From Lama guanicoe (lineage: Eukaryota), in contig MU053588.1 in assembly GCA_013239625.1 (NCBI GenBank), forward strand, positions 459,988 through 523,987: DNA of 64,000 nucleotides. The letters are read 5' to 3'. Within the stretch, counting starts at the first letter, position 1, and each line of letters begins with the position of its first letter. A program made the translations under genes and the position numbers. Below the pieces are notes generated by a model. That model made no database searches. It had not been told where the DNA came from and saw nothing but the letters and a program-made list of their open reading frames with translations. Positions 38,624-53,830 of this stretch are shown here, in pieces.

Positions 38624-38973
38624 TGTCTTAATCAGCTCTATATCACAGTACCATAGACTGGGTGGCTTATAGACAAATTTATTTCTCACAAGGTTAGAGG
38701 CTGAAAGTCTGACGTTAAGGTGCTAGCGTGGTCAGTTTCTGGTGAGAAACACCTTCCAGATTAAAGACTGCCATTTTCTTGTTATATTCTCACATGGCAG
38801 AAGAGGGTGAGAGAACGCTCTGCAGTCCCTTTTATAAGGGCACTAATCCCATTCAGGAGGGCTCCACCCTCATGACCTAGTTACCTCTGAGAGGCCCCAT
38901 CTCCTAATACCATCACATTGGGGGTTAGGATGCCAACACATGAACTTTGAGGAGACACATTCACTCCATTGCA
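38624..38973 (-). mobile_element. MLT1A-like (MaLR) LTR; 5' LTR of the composite provirus
   Basis: Minus strand starts TGCAATGGAGTGAATGTGTCTCCTCAAAGTTCATGTGTTG...CCCCCAATGTGATGGTATTAGGAGATGGGGCC (MLT1A signature), about 350 bp. Confidence 0.85.
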
Positions 38974-39350
38974 AGGCCTAAATGGTATTACTGGAAAATT
39001 CTACCAAACACTTGAAGAATAATTAACACCAATTCTACACTACCTTTTCCAGTAATCAAAAGGAGGCAACACTTCCAAACTCATGTTATGAGACCACCAT
39101 CAATCTGACACCAAAATGAGACAAAAGAATACAGCAAAACTATAGACTTTCATGAATATAGATGCAAAAATCCTCAACAAATTAGTAAGTCACAGCAAAC
39201 CCACTGAAATATATATTTTCAAGTATACACTACAAATGGAGTTTACCCCAGTGATGCAAAGCTTAGTCAATATTTGAAAACCCATAAAGGTAATCCATCA
39301 TATTAAGTATATTAAAAAAAATCACATCACACTCATTTTATCAACTGATG
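38974..39350 (+). mobile_element. L1 ORF2 fragment, continuing about 34380-34476 across the provirus
   Basis: 'tctccaggcc|taaatggtattactggaaaattctaccaaacac' rebuilds a contiguous L1 ORF2 segment. Confidence 0.75.
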
Positions 39351-40399
39351 CATATTTTAAGTAGAATTTCAAGGAAATAGAGAGGATTCATGATAGTTTT
39401 TATAGGTAGCAAAGGGTTCTCAAAGTTATAAAGGGCCTCAGAGCTCAGGGAGGAAAAATCAAACATATGGTGCTGTCATGAAAATGCGGCCTCAACGTAA
39501 AGATGAAGCCAACTTTCATCCTTTCTGTGAAACAGCAGGGCTTCTAAGAATTTTAAAGTCATTTTTCCACAGTAGCCTCACAGGGTACCCAATACAGAGA
39601 ACAGCCCATTGACCTTCTGTCTAATTACATGAACCCTAATAAAATAAAAATAATAGAAAATACAGTGTTTAAGAGAACTGTACTCCTTGAAGTGCCGTAA
39701 GCTTGAATTTAATGGGACAGAAACATTACAAAGTAAAAAAGGGCCTTTGGATCTTTAAACATCCACAGGCTAAAAACAGTCTGAGAAAACTACTCAGCTG
39801 TACACATGGGCTACATTTTACGGACAGAAGGAAAAAAAATAATCCTGCATGAGTCAGGGTAGAACCGAGGAGGCCTCAGTATGTAAGCATGCTACTTAGA
39901 AGCAGACACACGTTTAAATTGGGTCTGTATTATGTAGTAATACAACCCACTGAATATTCCAGCTTCCCACCACAGCAGGGAAACTGAGATGTTATATTCT
40001 TTCTTCAGAACTAAGTATTCAAAACCTCATGTATATTTTACACGTATAAAACACCATTTTAATTTATACTAGCCATAATTCAGGTTCTCAAGAGCTCTAC
40101 ATGTTGCTCCCATCTACCTTATTAGACAATATGATATTAATTCCATTAATTTCCATAAATTGTTGTAACTGCTCTTTTTACTCTTTAAATGTATGAAGTA
40201 ATATGGGACAAGCACTACACAGATGTAGCAATAGGTGAACTAGATAAAATCTGGATTTTCAACCTTAATTTCCCAAATACGTTATAGCACACTTAATATC
40301 CCTGTGTGCAGAGCTTTGGCAAAGTCCGTATGTTCTGATATGCAGCCATTTATAAAAGTCATTCACTTCAAGCTGGTTGTAATTTCATATTTTATCTTT

Positions 40400-41300
40400 A
40401 AGAAATTATGGAAAATGTCAAATACATGAAAACAGCAAAAACAAAATAAACAAGCAAAAACCATGTACCCAAGGCTTATCTTACCATGATTCTGATGAAC
40501 AAGTTATCCATCCACACTTCTTTTACACGAGCATTTTAAAGGTAGTTCTAGACTTACCATCTTATGTGTATAAACTTCCTAATTCACCTCTAAGACACTT
40601 TCACATAAACACAATGCTATTATCACATCTTACAAGAACATAATTTCTTAATATTATCTAATACTGTCAATATTCCCATTTCCCCAACTGTTATAAAAAT
40701 GTCTTATGTTTGTTCAATTTGTGGTCTAAAAAACCACTCATTCATTGCATTTGATTGATATATCTCTTCAAACTCTTAATATCTAAGAGTTCCATCTCCC
40801 CTTTTTCCAGTGCCATTTTATTGGTTGAGAAATTAGGTCATTATTCTTGTAGAATTACCCACATTTTAGATTTGTCTGCTTCTTGTTGTGCCACGTAATT
40901 TGTTCTTCTGTTTACTGCATTTTCTCCAAACTGGGAGTTAGATCTTGATAGATAATTAGGTTCAGGTTCAATATTTTTAGTCAATGTTATATCTTATTGT
41001 ATCTTTTTAGGAGGCACAAAATGTTTTGTCTTATTTTTTATGAGATTAAAATTAATCAGTGGGTTCAGATGTTGTCAACCTGATCTGTTCACTAAGAAGT
41101 TTGTATCAACCTCACCTAATGGTCTTAACAACTCTACGTAGAATCATGCCTAGATTCATTAGGTCATTATATGTTGCAAAATTCTCTAATAAAGAACTTT
41201 AACTCATCAACTTCTAGTTGCCTTGAAATGTAAGGAAATCCAGGCTAACTGACTTTTCTTTCCTTTTATCTATCAATTTCCAGAATGAGCTGGTGCCTTG
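40400..41300 (-). mobile_element. Old L1 (L1MC4/L1ME-like) 3' UTR
   Basis: 'cataaaacacaatgctattatcacatc', 'atattcccatttccccaactg', 'cattgcatttgattgatatatctctt'. Confidence 0.55.
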
Positions 41301-41602
41301 GCAGCCTCCATAGGTATACTGTACAGATGAAAAAAGAAGTGATAATAGGTTAGGATCAAAAGCTTTTCCACATTCACTCCTTTAAGAGTTTCTCTGAAGA
41401 AGGAATTTCCTAAAGTTTAACATGATTTGAGTGGTGATGAAAGATTTCTATGTATTAAGTTAACATGTTCTTTTAAATAAAATCTCTCATTTTAATTCTA
41501 AGCATGAAGCAAAAGGGATCCCTACAATCAAACACATTTCCTCCAGAATCTATTTTCTAATGATCCTTAACACAAAATTCACGATGGATGGCTTTCTTAT
41601 AA

Positions 41603-43006
<1,404 letters not shown>

Positions 43007-43244
43007 TTATTCTAGAAAAAGTAAACAAGTAAGCAAATAAAAACATTATAATAGGAAAAAATATAGAAAATACAGCCCTGATGAAGTAAAGTAAATGTGC
43101 TAAAAAGCTCTAAAATAATCACATAAGTTTTTTAAAAAGCTAAGAGGAATGGAGAAAATAAGTTAAAATCAGATTAATTTGGAAGCAGATCAAAGTTAGA
43201 GAAAGTTAGATAAAGAAAAGTTACATAAAGACGTTAGATAATGT

Positions 43245-43445
43245 TAGATAAAGAAGCTTTTACTGTATAGCACAAGGAAGTATATTCAATATCTTGTAAC
43301 CTATAATGAAAAAGAATATGAAAAGGATATATGTATGTATTTGTATGACTGAAACATTATGATGTAGACCAGAAATTGACACAACACTGTAAACTGACTA
43401 TACTTCAATGAAAATAATTTTGAAAAATTTAAAAAAAAAAGAATA
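43245..43445 (+). mobile_element. Short L1 3' end
   Basis: 'ttactgtatagcacaaggaagtatattcaatatcttgt...actgactatacttcaat' plus A tail. Confidence 0.75.
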
Positions 43446-45059
43446 AAGTACAAAGACCTTATTATGAATAACATGGCATTTGTTTACCAAAAGATATCAT
43501 CTCAAGCCACTGTCCCCTTTGCCCCAGTCACAGTCGCCTCCTTTCAGTTCCCAGAATATGTTACAATCTTTTCATTTCTTAGAGCTTTTTACTGGTTATT
43601 TAATCTCCCAGGAATGCTGACCTGGGTTCTCCAAATGGTTGGGTTCCTTTCATCTTTAGGTTTCATGATAAAAATCAGAAAAACTATCTGTGCTGACTTC
43701 ATCTAATTTATATCATTTATTTTCTATCCCAGTAACACCCTTGCTTCTGAACAGTTTTCAACTTCTGTTGTTATATATTCCTTAATTTTCGTCTCTTTAT
43801 TTTCTTACATTAAACTTCACCAAAGACAGAAACAATCTTTCACTTATCACTGAATAACAAACCCAGTGTAGTAAACTGTTTATTAAATTCCCATAATTAG
43901 TTAACAGTAAAAATGTGTACTGTTGCCTTGCCTCTAATCTTATACCTTATTAAATATTCTTTTTTATCACTTCCTATAGAAATGGGAAACAAAAGCACAT
44001 CTAGGCTATCTCAATCAAGTATGTAAATGGAAAATTTCTTTACACCTGATCATCTTTCCAATTGCTATCTTTCTCTCTCCAATTACTCTATTTTTGTGTG
44101 CAGGTATCTCCACTTCAGCTCATTTTCTGCTTTGCATAGTTGAGTGAACTCTGCTTTCACAATCAAGGTAGTGAAGGGATCTATTTATTTATCCCCATTT
44201 GAGTTTATATAACTATACACATTTATGTTACAAATACTCAACCTGTTTTGTTCCTTTATACTCTTTTCTATATTCTCCCTAAAGTCTTCATAGCCAATGC
44301 CATTTGGGTACTTCCTACAAAGCATATTAGTAACTTTTCAGGCACAGCAACAGGTTGATAAAATAGTAACATGCTAATAAAATTCTAAGCAAAGATGTGT
44401 TTTTCTTGAAATTTTTGAAATAGGAGTTCAATACTTTTCAAAAAGGAAAAGGTATTCTTTAAAAGTCAACAATATAGTCCCCAATTTAAAAAAAACTACA
44501 ACATAGCAACATCATTTTTAATATGCTCAAACTGGAAAGAATCCAAGTGTGCATCAACAGAAGAATGGCTAAGTAAATGACAATATACTGATACAACACA
44601 GTAAGACCAGTGAGAAACAATAATCTACACACATAGCAATATGGATGACCCGCACAAACATAATGGTGAGTAAACAAAACCAACCGTAAAAGAATACATA
44701 CTATATTATTTCATTTTTATAAAGTTCAAAAAGAGTAAAATTAATCTATGGACTTCTTAAAAGTCAGGCTAGTAGTTAACTTTGGCAGGGAGGAATGACT
44801 GGAAAAAGTTAGGAGGGAGCTGACATCCTAGTAAAGATCTATTTCTCAATCAGTGTGCTGATTAGATAGGTGTAATCACTTTGTGAAAATTCAGTGAGCT
44901 GCACATTATGATTTCTGTATTTTTCTGTATCTGTTTATACTTCATTAAGTTTATTTCAAAAAGGATATATTAAGAAGACATTAAAAGGCAACGATTCAAA
45001 TAGTGTGGATAATTTGTGAACAGAGACAAATCAACGGCACAGAAAATACTATGAAATCT

Positions 45060-45180
45060 GTGTCTTCCTCCTTCCCTCTCTCCTCCATCTGTCTCTTCCT
45101 CTCTTCCTTAGTTCCTCTCTTTCCTGGTCTCTCCCTCCCCTCTGTCTCTCTCTCTCTCTTCCTGTCTATCTCTATCTCCT
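45060..45180. repeat. CT-rich low-complexity tract
   Basis: Polypyrimidine, (TC)n-like run. Confidence 0.75.
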
Positions 45181-45700
45181 CATTCAAGAAAGAAATGTAA
45201 AGCTATGGCAATTTTATAAACATTTTTGGGAAAAAAATAATTTAAGCCCTCATTAAGACAAATCAGACATAAATGATATATAAAATGGAAGGTAATTAGC
45301 TAGTAGCAACAGTGTAAATAAGTAGGCAGCTTACAAAGGTATGACAACTATTATTAAGGTGTTAATTTCAAAAGATTTATTTGCAAATTAAAAGTTAAAA
45401 ACCAGTGATGTAAAGGAAAGCTGTAGTCAAAATCAAAATCAGAGGCCCAAACATTTGTAAGAAAAATGAGAAAGCATACACAGCATAAAAGCCCATACAA
45501 ACTGGTATAAGAAACACTGAACAACAGAAAAAGTAATGAAATAAAAGAAGTGAGCAATGAACAAAAGAATAAACAAACTTAGGGCAAAATGTCCAAATTC
45601 ACTCATAAAAAATGAAGTACAAGTTATAAAACTTATCCTATAAAATTTGAAGATTTTAATTTAAAGAACAAACAAGACATTCCAGGTGTTTAAAAAAGGT

Positions 45701-45820
45701 GGGGAGAGGGGGTTAGCTCAAGTGGTAGAGAGCATGCTTGACATGCATGAGGTCCCAGGTTCCAGCCCCAGCACCTCCTCTAAATAAAAATAAATGAATA
45801 AACCTAATTACCCCCCCCCA
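45701..45820 (+). mobile_element. tRNA-derived SINE (vic-1-like)
   Basis: 'ttagctcaagtggtagagagcatgc...ggttccagccccagcacctcc' plus 'aacctaattacccc' tail. Confidence 0.82.
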
Positions 45821-45926
45821 AATTTCCAGTGTTGATACAGTGAAACTGAGACTCTTCTATACGGCTTCCCACCTAAGCAACATGCCAGATTAAGACCTTG
45901 GTATACAAAGTGGGTATATATACCTT

Positions 45927-46038
45927 GTATAGCTCAAGTGGTAGAGCACATGCTTAGCATGCACAAGGTCCTGGGTTCAATCCTCAGCACTCTAAAAATA
46001 AATAAACCTAATTACCCGAGCCAAAAAAAAAAAAAAAA
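45927..46038 (+). mobile_element. tRNA-derived SINE (vic-1-like)
   Basis: 'gtatagctcaagtggtagagcacatgcttagcatgcacaaggtcctgggttcaatcc' plus A tail. Confidence 0.82.
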
Positions 46039-46084
46039 GACTTGGCATATTGAACATTCCCATCTAGGAGACTACTCTATAGTA

Positions 46085-46302
46085 CAGCTGACCCTTGAAC
46101 ATGAGGATTAGAAGAGCCAATACCCTCTCCCCAATACTGAAAATCCACGTATAACTTTCCAGTTGGCCCTCCATATATGCAGTTCTGCATCCAGAGATTC
46201 AATCAACCTCGGATCATGTAGAACTGTAGTATGTATTTATTTTTTAAAACCCATGTATAAATGGACCCACAGCTTAAACCCATGTTGTTCAAGGGTCAAC
46301 TG
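46085..46302 (-). mobile_element. Tigger2-family MITE
   Basis: CAGCTGACCCTTGAAC...GTTCAAGGGTCAACTG with TA duplication; inverse orientation to 4349-4565. Confidence 0.85.
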
Positions 46303-47509
46303 TATAAACAAGTGAACTGTAATCTTATGATTTGTGTAAAAAGTCAGCCATGGTTGTTCCCAGATTTGTTTATGACAGTTCTTTTCCCTGCAAGACAACC
46401 ATTTCTATTTATGAAAACTACGTTCAATGCTTTGGAAGTTCTGGCTATGCATGCACATTGCATTGTTGTCAAAGGCATGAGTGAGATACTAGTAAAGATT
46501 GATGGGAAACATAAAAATTCATGAAGGATTCTGCAAGTAGACTGCTTTACAAGTATCTAGGTTCTTGGTCTACTTTAAATAAAAAGAAACTGAAATAATA
46601 GCTAAGCAATATACATGTGATTTAATCAAGAAACACTGGCTAGACCTACTCTGAAACAAAAGGCCACACTAAACACCAAAAGATTGGCCTAGGTAGGAAA
46701 TTTTAATGTTCTAACTTTAAAGATTCTCTCTTAACGTATGATACTAGCTGTATTCTATTGAATCAAAGGGCTTTATGCTAATGTGAATAATGCTAATAAG
46801 ATGAATAATACTAACATGAATTAGCCCATCTTAGAGCAATGTAAAAGGAGAAATGTTATTTCCATTTTCAGGATATCGGCTTTACTTAAAAAGACAATAA
46901 GGAGCAAATTACCTGGTCACAAAGTTAATCTGTTTCCTAAGATATGATACCTTCGATATACAAGATGATACGGATACAGAGTATTTATGACAGAGGCGGT
47001 TTAGTCACATTAACACCAGGGTTAATGTATCAAAAGATCTGTTAAGTGTTAAAACTCTGTAACACAGAATTATACTTGTGTGAATCAAAACTGATCAAAT
47101 ACTGAATAATCCATACTGAATTCCAAATAATTCTCACATTCTGCTGATAATTTTCCTGCTTACTTTCATCAAGGAATCAGAACTGAAAGAAAAATGTTAT
47201 TCTCCCCTCAGTATGTTATCCAACCATCCTTATCATATGCATTGGTTTTCTTTCATATATTCGCTCTTAGTCCTTCCCTTTTACTGAAGGTCATTGCTTA
47301 CAAACTATCCTCTGTCTCTCTACTCCATCAATCTTAATCTTCCTCTTTGCAATCATTCCCTTCAGCCTACAAATATATTCTAATACCTCACATCGTAAGA
47401 TAGTTTCCCTGTACCCTACGTGTCTGCTTTTATTCCTCCAAAAAGTTATATATATATTTTCACTAATGCCTCACCTCTTTCTTTTCCTTGTCTCCTAATA
47501 ACTTTAAAA

Positions 47510-48490
47510 GAAAACAAAATTTTATTACAGAGCATTTCTAACATGCACAAAAGTAGAACAGTAATAATAAATGTCCATGTACCTATGAACCAGCCTCAAC
47601 GACCATCAACCAAGCCCAATGCTGGCCTCTGCAGACCCTAATCCACTCTCCTCACAGTTTTTGAAGCAAATCCCATATATTATTTTTTGTAATCACTTCA
47701 GTATTTATCTCTAAAAGTATTTAAAAGTTAACCATAATACCATTATCCAGACCTGAAAAAAATGAACAATAATTCTTCAAGAATATCAAAAATCAGTGTT
47801 CACACTTCCAGCTATCTCACACATAAAATTTTAAACAATTTAAAAACAATAATAATTGATCTAAACAAAGTCTATAATGTACAAGTGGTAGACACGTCTT
47901 CTACATGTCTAAAACCTATAGAGTCTCCTACTATTTTTTGACTTCCACCTTATAATTTCTTGAATAACTGTTTTTGACCATATAGCATTTTTCATACTCT
48001 GAATTTTGCTGACTACATTTCCAAGGTATAGTAGAACATGTTCCTCTTTCTCCAATAAACTGGTAGCTGGCTTTAGAAGCCCCATCAGACTTAGGCCCAA
48101 TTTTGTTGGCAGTTACCTCCTACTGTATGTCTGATCGTCTCTATTTCTGTGATGCTATCGGCACTGATGTTCAGTGCCTAGATCCAGTAGCTCACTGTGG
48201 GTTCCAAAATGGTAATCCTCTGTATCATTCTTCATTTATTCACTGAATACTTTTATTAAGAAAAATACCACCCCATCTACTACCTATTGGGACAGTTCTT
48301 ACAAGGAAGGCAGGATAAACGCTTCTTTTGCTTTAAATGTAAGCTTTCCAAATAAGTTAGTTCTCTAGTAGTTTCCAACGGTGAACAATCTACTGTTAGC
48401 ATCATTATGAATTTACAGAATTAAGAATGTTTTATGTGCTGCAATACATTGCAGTTATGTATATATGTGCTCAAATTATTCCATCTTTGA
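47510..48490 (-). mobile_element. Old L1 (L1MC4-like) 3' UTR
   Basis: 'aaccataataccattatc', 'ggaattttgctgactacattt'-like and 'atgctcaaattattccatctttg'-like L1MC 3' motifs. Confidence 0.55.
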
Positions 48491-49022
48491 CGCACTGGAG
48501 CCTCTTCCATCTAGCTCCTCTTCCCTGACCACCCTATCTAAAATTACCCCATTCACCCATCATAATCCTCCATATTCTTATCCTACTCACTTTTCTTCAC
48601 AATACTTAAATCACTTCACAATACTTAGTAATCCATTCGTTTATTTGTTACTATTTGTTTATTGTATGATTTCCCTACTACAGTGTAAACTCCATGAAAA
48701 GAGGGTGAAGAAGAAATAAATACACAAAAGGCAAAATACAAAAGATGAGCTAGAAAGGAATTAGATTCAAAGTACAGGTAAAATGTGGTCATTGGGGAAG
48801 AAAGCCTTCCCTCACGGAAATGAGAAGGAAACACAACAGTGAAGAAACAAGTGGCAAGTGGAAGTACAGATGAAATTTCTTTGGTGTTTCATGACAAGAT
48901 CTAAGTTTTCTTCCCAAGTTTCAGGTCTTTCCTCTAAAACCGACATCTCAGGGGTGTGTTTCCTTCCCCACAGCAGGGACATGCCATGTCATAACAGCTT
49001 ACCTTGCCCTGATTAGCACTTA

Positions 49023-49223
<201 letters not shown>

Positions 49224-50009
49224 TCAGGATCACAAGGACTCACAAGAACAGAGAGGTAAGAATATTGTCTTATTTTAATTGCCAACTCATATAGGCTCTG
49301 TCTCTTGAGGAAGTAATCATTGAGAGCACTAATTTAAACCCTGCCTCTCTGTCACCTGAGTCACTATGGCCTTAGTTCTCTCAGTGGGAAGAAAGGAAAA
49401 ATAATGTATACCCTTAGGATTGTTGAGGTTTGACTTAAACAAAGTGCTTGGATGAGTGCCAGGTACACAGTATGCACTATACATGTTTACTGGGTACAGT
49501 TTTGGCTATTTATATTTTGCTAAGAGGAAAATAATTAGTTTGTCAGTATATTCATCCAGTGTTAAATGCAAAGTTCATATATTTTAAACTCATAATCATA
49601 AATCAATTAAAAAATAATATATCTGTTCTATTAAACTGAATGTGTCCATTCGAGTTTTAACAAACTGTTGACTTATCACAGTAACATACACACTGAATAA
49701 GCTCTGTCTTTCTACTCACATTGAAGGTTAAGTTAATAGATAATAGACCATCCATAGCAGAATGAAACCAGATTTCTTTGAAAATGGTTTTGTCTGAGTG
49801 TGAAAGAATTTATATCAAACTGTCATTAAAAAGAAGCAATTACAGAAAAGGCAAAGGAAAATGTAAAGGTCACTGAATTTTGGGGGAAATTAAAAGTGCT
49901 ATTTAATAGTTTAGTAGCTGAAGATGTCTATTCCCAAACTATATAACAGATACTCAGCTAGTTTTTAGAAAGATAACCCTGAAATTTAGTTGTGTGAATT
50001 TATAAATTA

Positions 50010-50177
<168 letters not shown>

Positions 50178-50194
50178 TTATTTGTAAAATTATT

Positions 50195-50350
50195 TCTGTA
50201 AAGGCCAATATTTAGGCTTTGCATACCCTTCCCCTTTCTCTTTTTTTTTTAAACAATACTTTCAAAAAGTAATTAATTCATAGGCTGTACAGAAACAGAC
50301 CATAGGTTGAGTATGGCTCACAAGCTGTAGTTTGCCCACCACTGCTATAG
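50195..50350. mobile_element. MER58-like hAT-Charlie MITE fragment
   Basis: 'ttctgtaaaggccaatatttaggctttgca...caagctgtagtttgcccaccactg'. Confidence 0.55.
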
Positions 50351-50434
50351 ACAAAACTTCCTATATAATATAGGATACCTAATTTTACTTATTTCTAGAT
50401 ATGTTTGGGGAATTTGAGTTTCACTAAATCGTTA

Positions 50435-51880
50435 ACAATATTTTCTTAGGCCATTCTCCCAAAGCAAAAGAAACAAAAGCAAAAATAAACAAATAGGACC
50501 TAATCAAACTTAAAAGCTTTTGCACAGCAAAGGAAACCATCAACAGAACGAAGATAGCCTACAAATGGGAGAAAATATCTGCAAATGATGCAGCCAACAA
50601 GAGATTAATATCCAAAATATACAAACAGCTCATACAACAATAGCGAAGAAATAAACAATCCAATCAAAAAATGGGCAGAAGATCTAAATACACATTTCTC
50701 CAAAGAGGATACACAGATGGCTAACAAGCACATGAAAAGATGCTCAACATCACTAATTATTAGAGATGTGCAATTCAAAACTACAATGCAGTATCACCTC
50801 CCACCAGACAGAACGGCTGTCTTCAAAAAGTCTACAAATCATAAGTGCTGGAGAGGGTGTAGAGAACAGGGAACCCTCCTACACAGTTGGTGGGAATGTA
50901 AATTGGTGCAGCCACTATGGAAACCAGTATGGAGGTTCCTTAAAAAACTAAAAATAGAGCTACCATATGTACCAGAAATCCCACTCCTGGATATATATCT
51001 GGAGAAAATGAAAACTCAAATAATCAAAAAGATGCATGCACCCCAATGTTCACAGCAGCACTATTTACAATAGTCAAGACAGAGAAACAACTCAAGTGGC
51101 CATCACAGGAGATTGGCTTAAGATGTGGTAATATATATACAATGGAATATTATTCAGTCATAAAAGACTGAAATATTACCATTTGCAGCAACATAGATGG
51201 ATCTAGAGAATATCATACTAAGTGAAGTAAGTCAGAGAAATACAAATCCTATGTGATATCACTAGTATGTGGAATCTAAAAAAAATAATACAAATGAATC
51301 TATACACAAAACAGAAACAGACTCACAGACATAGAAAATGAACTTATGGTTACAGGGTGGGGGGAGAGGGGTGGGAAGAGATAAATTGGGAGTTCAAGAT
51401 TTACAGATACTAATATATATAAAATAGATAAATAACAAGTTCATATTGTATAGCACAGGAAACTATATTCAGTATCTTGTAGTAACTTACAGTGAAAAAG
51501 AGTACGAAAACAAATGTATGATGAAGCATTATGCTGTACACCAGAAATTGACATATTGTAAACTGACTATACTTCAATAAAAAAAAAAAGTATACAAAGA
51601 AAAGAAAAAAGAAAAGGAAACAAACTTAGTTACTAAAGGGGGCGGTAAGGAGGGACAAATTACAAATATTAACAGATTAGGATTAACAGATACAAATTAC
51701 TGTACATAAAATAGGTAAGTAGCAAGGATTTACTATATAGCAAAAGAAATTATATTCAAGATCTTGTAGCAAAAAAAAATCTTGTAGTAACCTATAATGG
51801 AATATAATTTGAAAAAAAACTGAATCACTTTGTTGTACACCTGAAACTAACACAATAATGTAAAGGAGAAAAAAAAAAGA
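50435..51880 (+). mobile_element. L1 3' portion with two successive 3' ends (A tails at about 51580-51615 and 51865-51880)
   Basis: ORF 50717-51073 encodes L1 ORF2 C-terminal motifs ([23 protein letters not shown]); two distinct L1 3' UTR variants in tandem. Confidence 0.88.
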
Positions 51881-52279
51881 ACTCCATAATTAATTGAAAT
51901 AGTGTTCATAACACTACTGCTTGCATGGGCCTAAAAACATTCTCAATAAATGTGATTTACTCTAACTTCTGTTCCTTTAAGGATTAGAAAAAAATTAAAG
52001 ATGGAATTTTTTCTCCAAATGAACCATAAAATCTGTTTTTAAAAAGTAGAGTTTGCATAAAATTAAAAAATTCTTCCAAGCTCATCACTATACGTATCAT
52101 TAGCATTTTCCCTTATAACAAATCCTTATTAATATTTAAACTTACAAAATAGTCCATTGCATAGATATGTTGGACTTAATAATGACTATATTTACATATT
52201 TCTATACTTTTAAACGTATCAAATTATATTTACAATTTACACAAAATTTCTAAAGCTGTAATGTACGATATGCTACCTG

Positions 52280-52628
52280 AGACACCTGTGGTTACTAACA
52301 ACTTGAATTGTGGCTAGTACAAATTTAGATGTGCTGTTAATATAAAATACATGCCAAATATTGAAGATTTTAGAAAGAAAAAAGAATGTAAAAATCTCAA
52401 TAATTTTTATATTGATTACATTTTGAAATAATATTTTGGCTATACTGGGTTAAATAAAACATTAAAGCTAATTGCATGTTTCTTTTTACTTTTTAAAATG
52501 TGACTACTAAAATGTTTAAGATTATCCATGTGCCTTGCATATTATTCTATACTTTTTATGAGACTGACATGAGGCCTACTGTGATAAGAAGACACTAATT
52601 TTGTATTTTTAATAGTGGACAGTGCTGT
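52280..52628. mobile_element. MER33/MER3-like hAT-Charlie element
   Basis: 'gtggctagtac...gatgtgctgt', 'aaaatgtgactactaaaatgtttaa', terminal 'ggacagtgctg'. Confidence 0.6.
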
Positions 52629-52951
52629 TCTAAAATGTTTTCTGGTCCTGAGAGCCTAATATCAGTCATTTCCCTCTAGAGACTTCATTCCCGCTTTATC
52701 TCTGCTCTATGCAAAGACTAACACACAGGAGACATTGAATAATTTGGTCAATTCACATATGGACATGGATGGAGAAGAGGATGCACAGGAACGGCCACGC
52801 TGTCTGGCTCTGTCCTTCACTAGAATGGGAGCAACTAGGAAGAAGCTATGGGGCAGGGTTCTGTTAGGAAGTTTCAGGACAACTATTGACAATGTTCACA
52901 TAACCTGAAAACAAATTATAGCATTTCAAATACAGAGAAACATCAACTTAC

Positions 52952-52960
52952 ATGAGCCAT
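52952..52960 (-). CDS. ZFP30: ZFP30 start-codon exon, coding part (M-A-H); whole exon about 53036-52952
   Basis: Minus strand 'gaaatcATGGCTCAT|GTAAGT'; acceptor 'ctcttcccccag' at 53037. Spliced CDS is 1605 nt (534 aa plus stop). Confidence 0.85.
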
Positions 52961-53499
52961 GATTTCAGAGTTGCAAGAACTGTCAGTTTTCCTCAAGGGT
53001 CATTTACTGGAGCAGCAGACTCCACAGAAGCCAGAACTGGGGGAAGAGCACGAAGTCATGAGGACAAAATTACCTCAGAGTCCCCAGATTTTAAAAACCA
53101 CACCACTTCTCCATTCCTACATGCAACATCCCTCCACCCCACAACACACAGACAAGTTATGAGAGGTAAGAGGTAGTTTAGACAAATACATGTCCTCCCC
53201 TAAACCACAAGAAAATCATTGCACAAGGACAGACACAGAGCAGACTCTCCTACACGGAAACACATGTCCAGACATCTAGCAGACATTTCAGCCCCCCCCC
53301 ACCACAGGGAGGCTGATCTGGCCCTAAGAGGCTATCCAGATCTGTCCTGTGCAGATCCATCTCCCCCAATTCCCACCTTTCCAACTGAGAAGTGGTTATA
53401 CCATCTAAACCAGAACTTCCTTGAGACACAAGAATCTGGCTTGCCTCCCTAACCCTGAACATAGGAAATAGTATAGACAAGAATTTCCCAAACATTGCC

Positions 53500-53830
53500 A
53501 CACACTGGAATCATCAGCAGATCTTTAAAATATTCTGATGCCTAAAATCCCCCAAACATTCTGATTTAATTAGCATACAGCATGACCCGGGAATCAGGAT
53601 TTTTAAACCTCTCCCCAGGTGATCGTAATAGGCAAGTCTGGTAATCAAACTTTTCTATCCATCAGAATCACACCTGGAAGGCTTATTACAATTCAGTTTG
53701 CAGGGCCCTACTCCTAAAGTTTGGCATTTACTAGGTTTGGGGTTGGACTTGAGAATTTGCTTTTGAAAATGTTCTCAGGTGATGCTGATGCTGCTGGTCC
53801 AAATGCGACAATTGGAGAACCACCTGCACA
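53500..53830. mobile_element. Two MER5A-like hAT-Charlie MITEs
   Basis: 'tcagaatcacacctggaaggc', 'ctcaggtgatgctgatgctgctggtcca...ttggagaaccac', 'ctctccccaggtgatc'. Confidence 0.65.

Noticed and set aside
39430..39900. Possible additional MaLR-internal fragment
   Set aside because: Resemblance too weak to support without an alignment.
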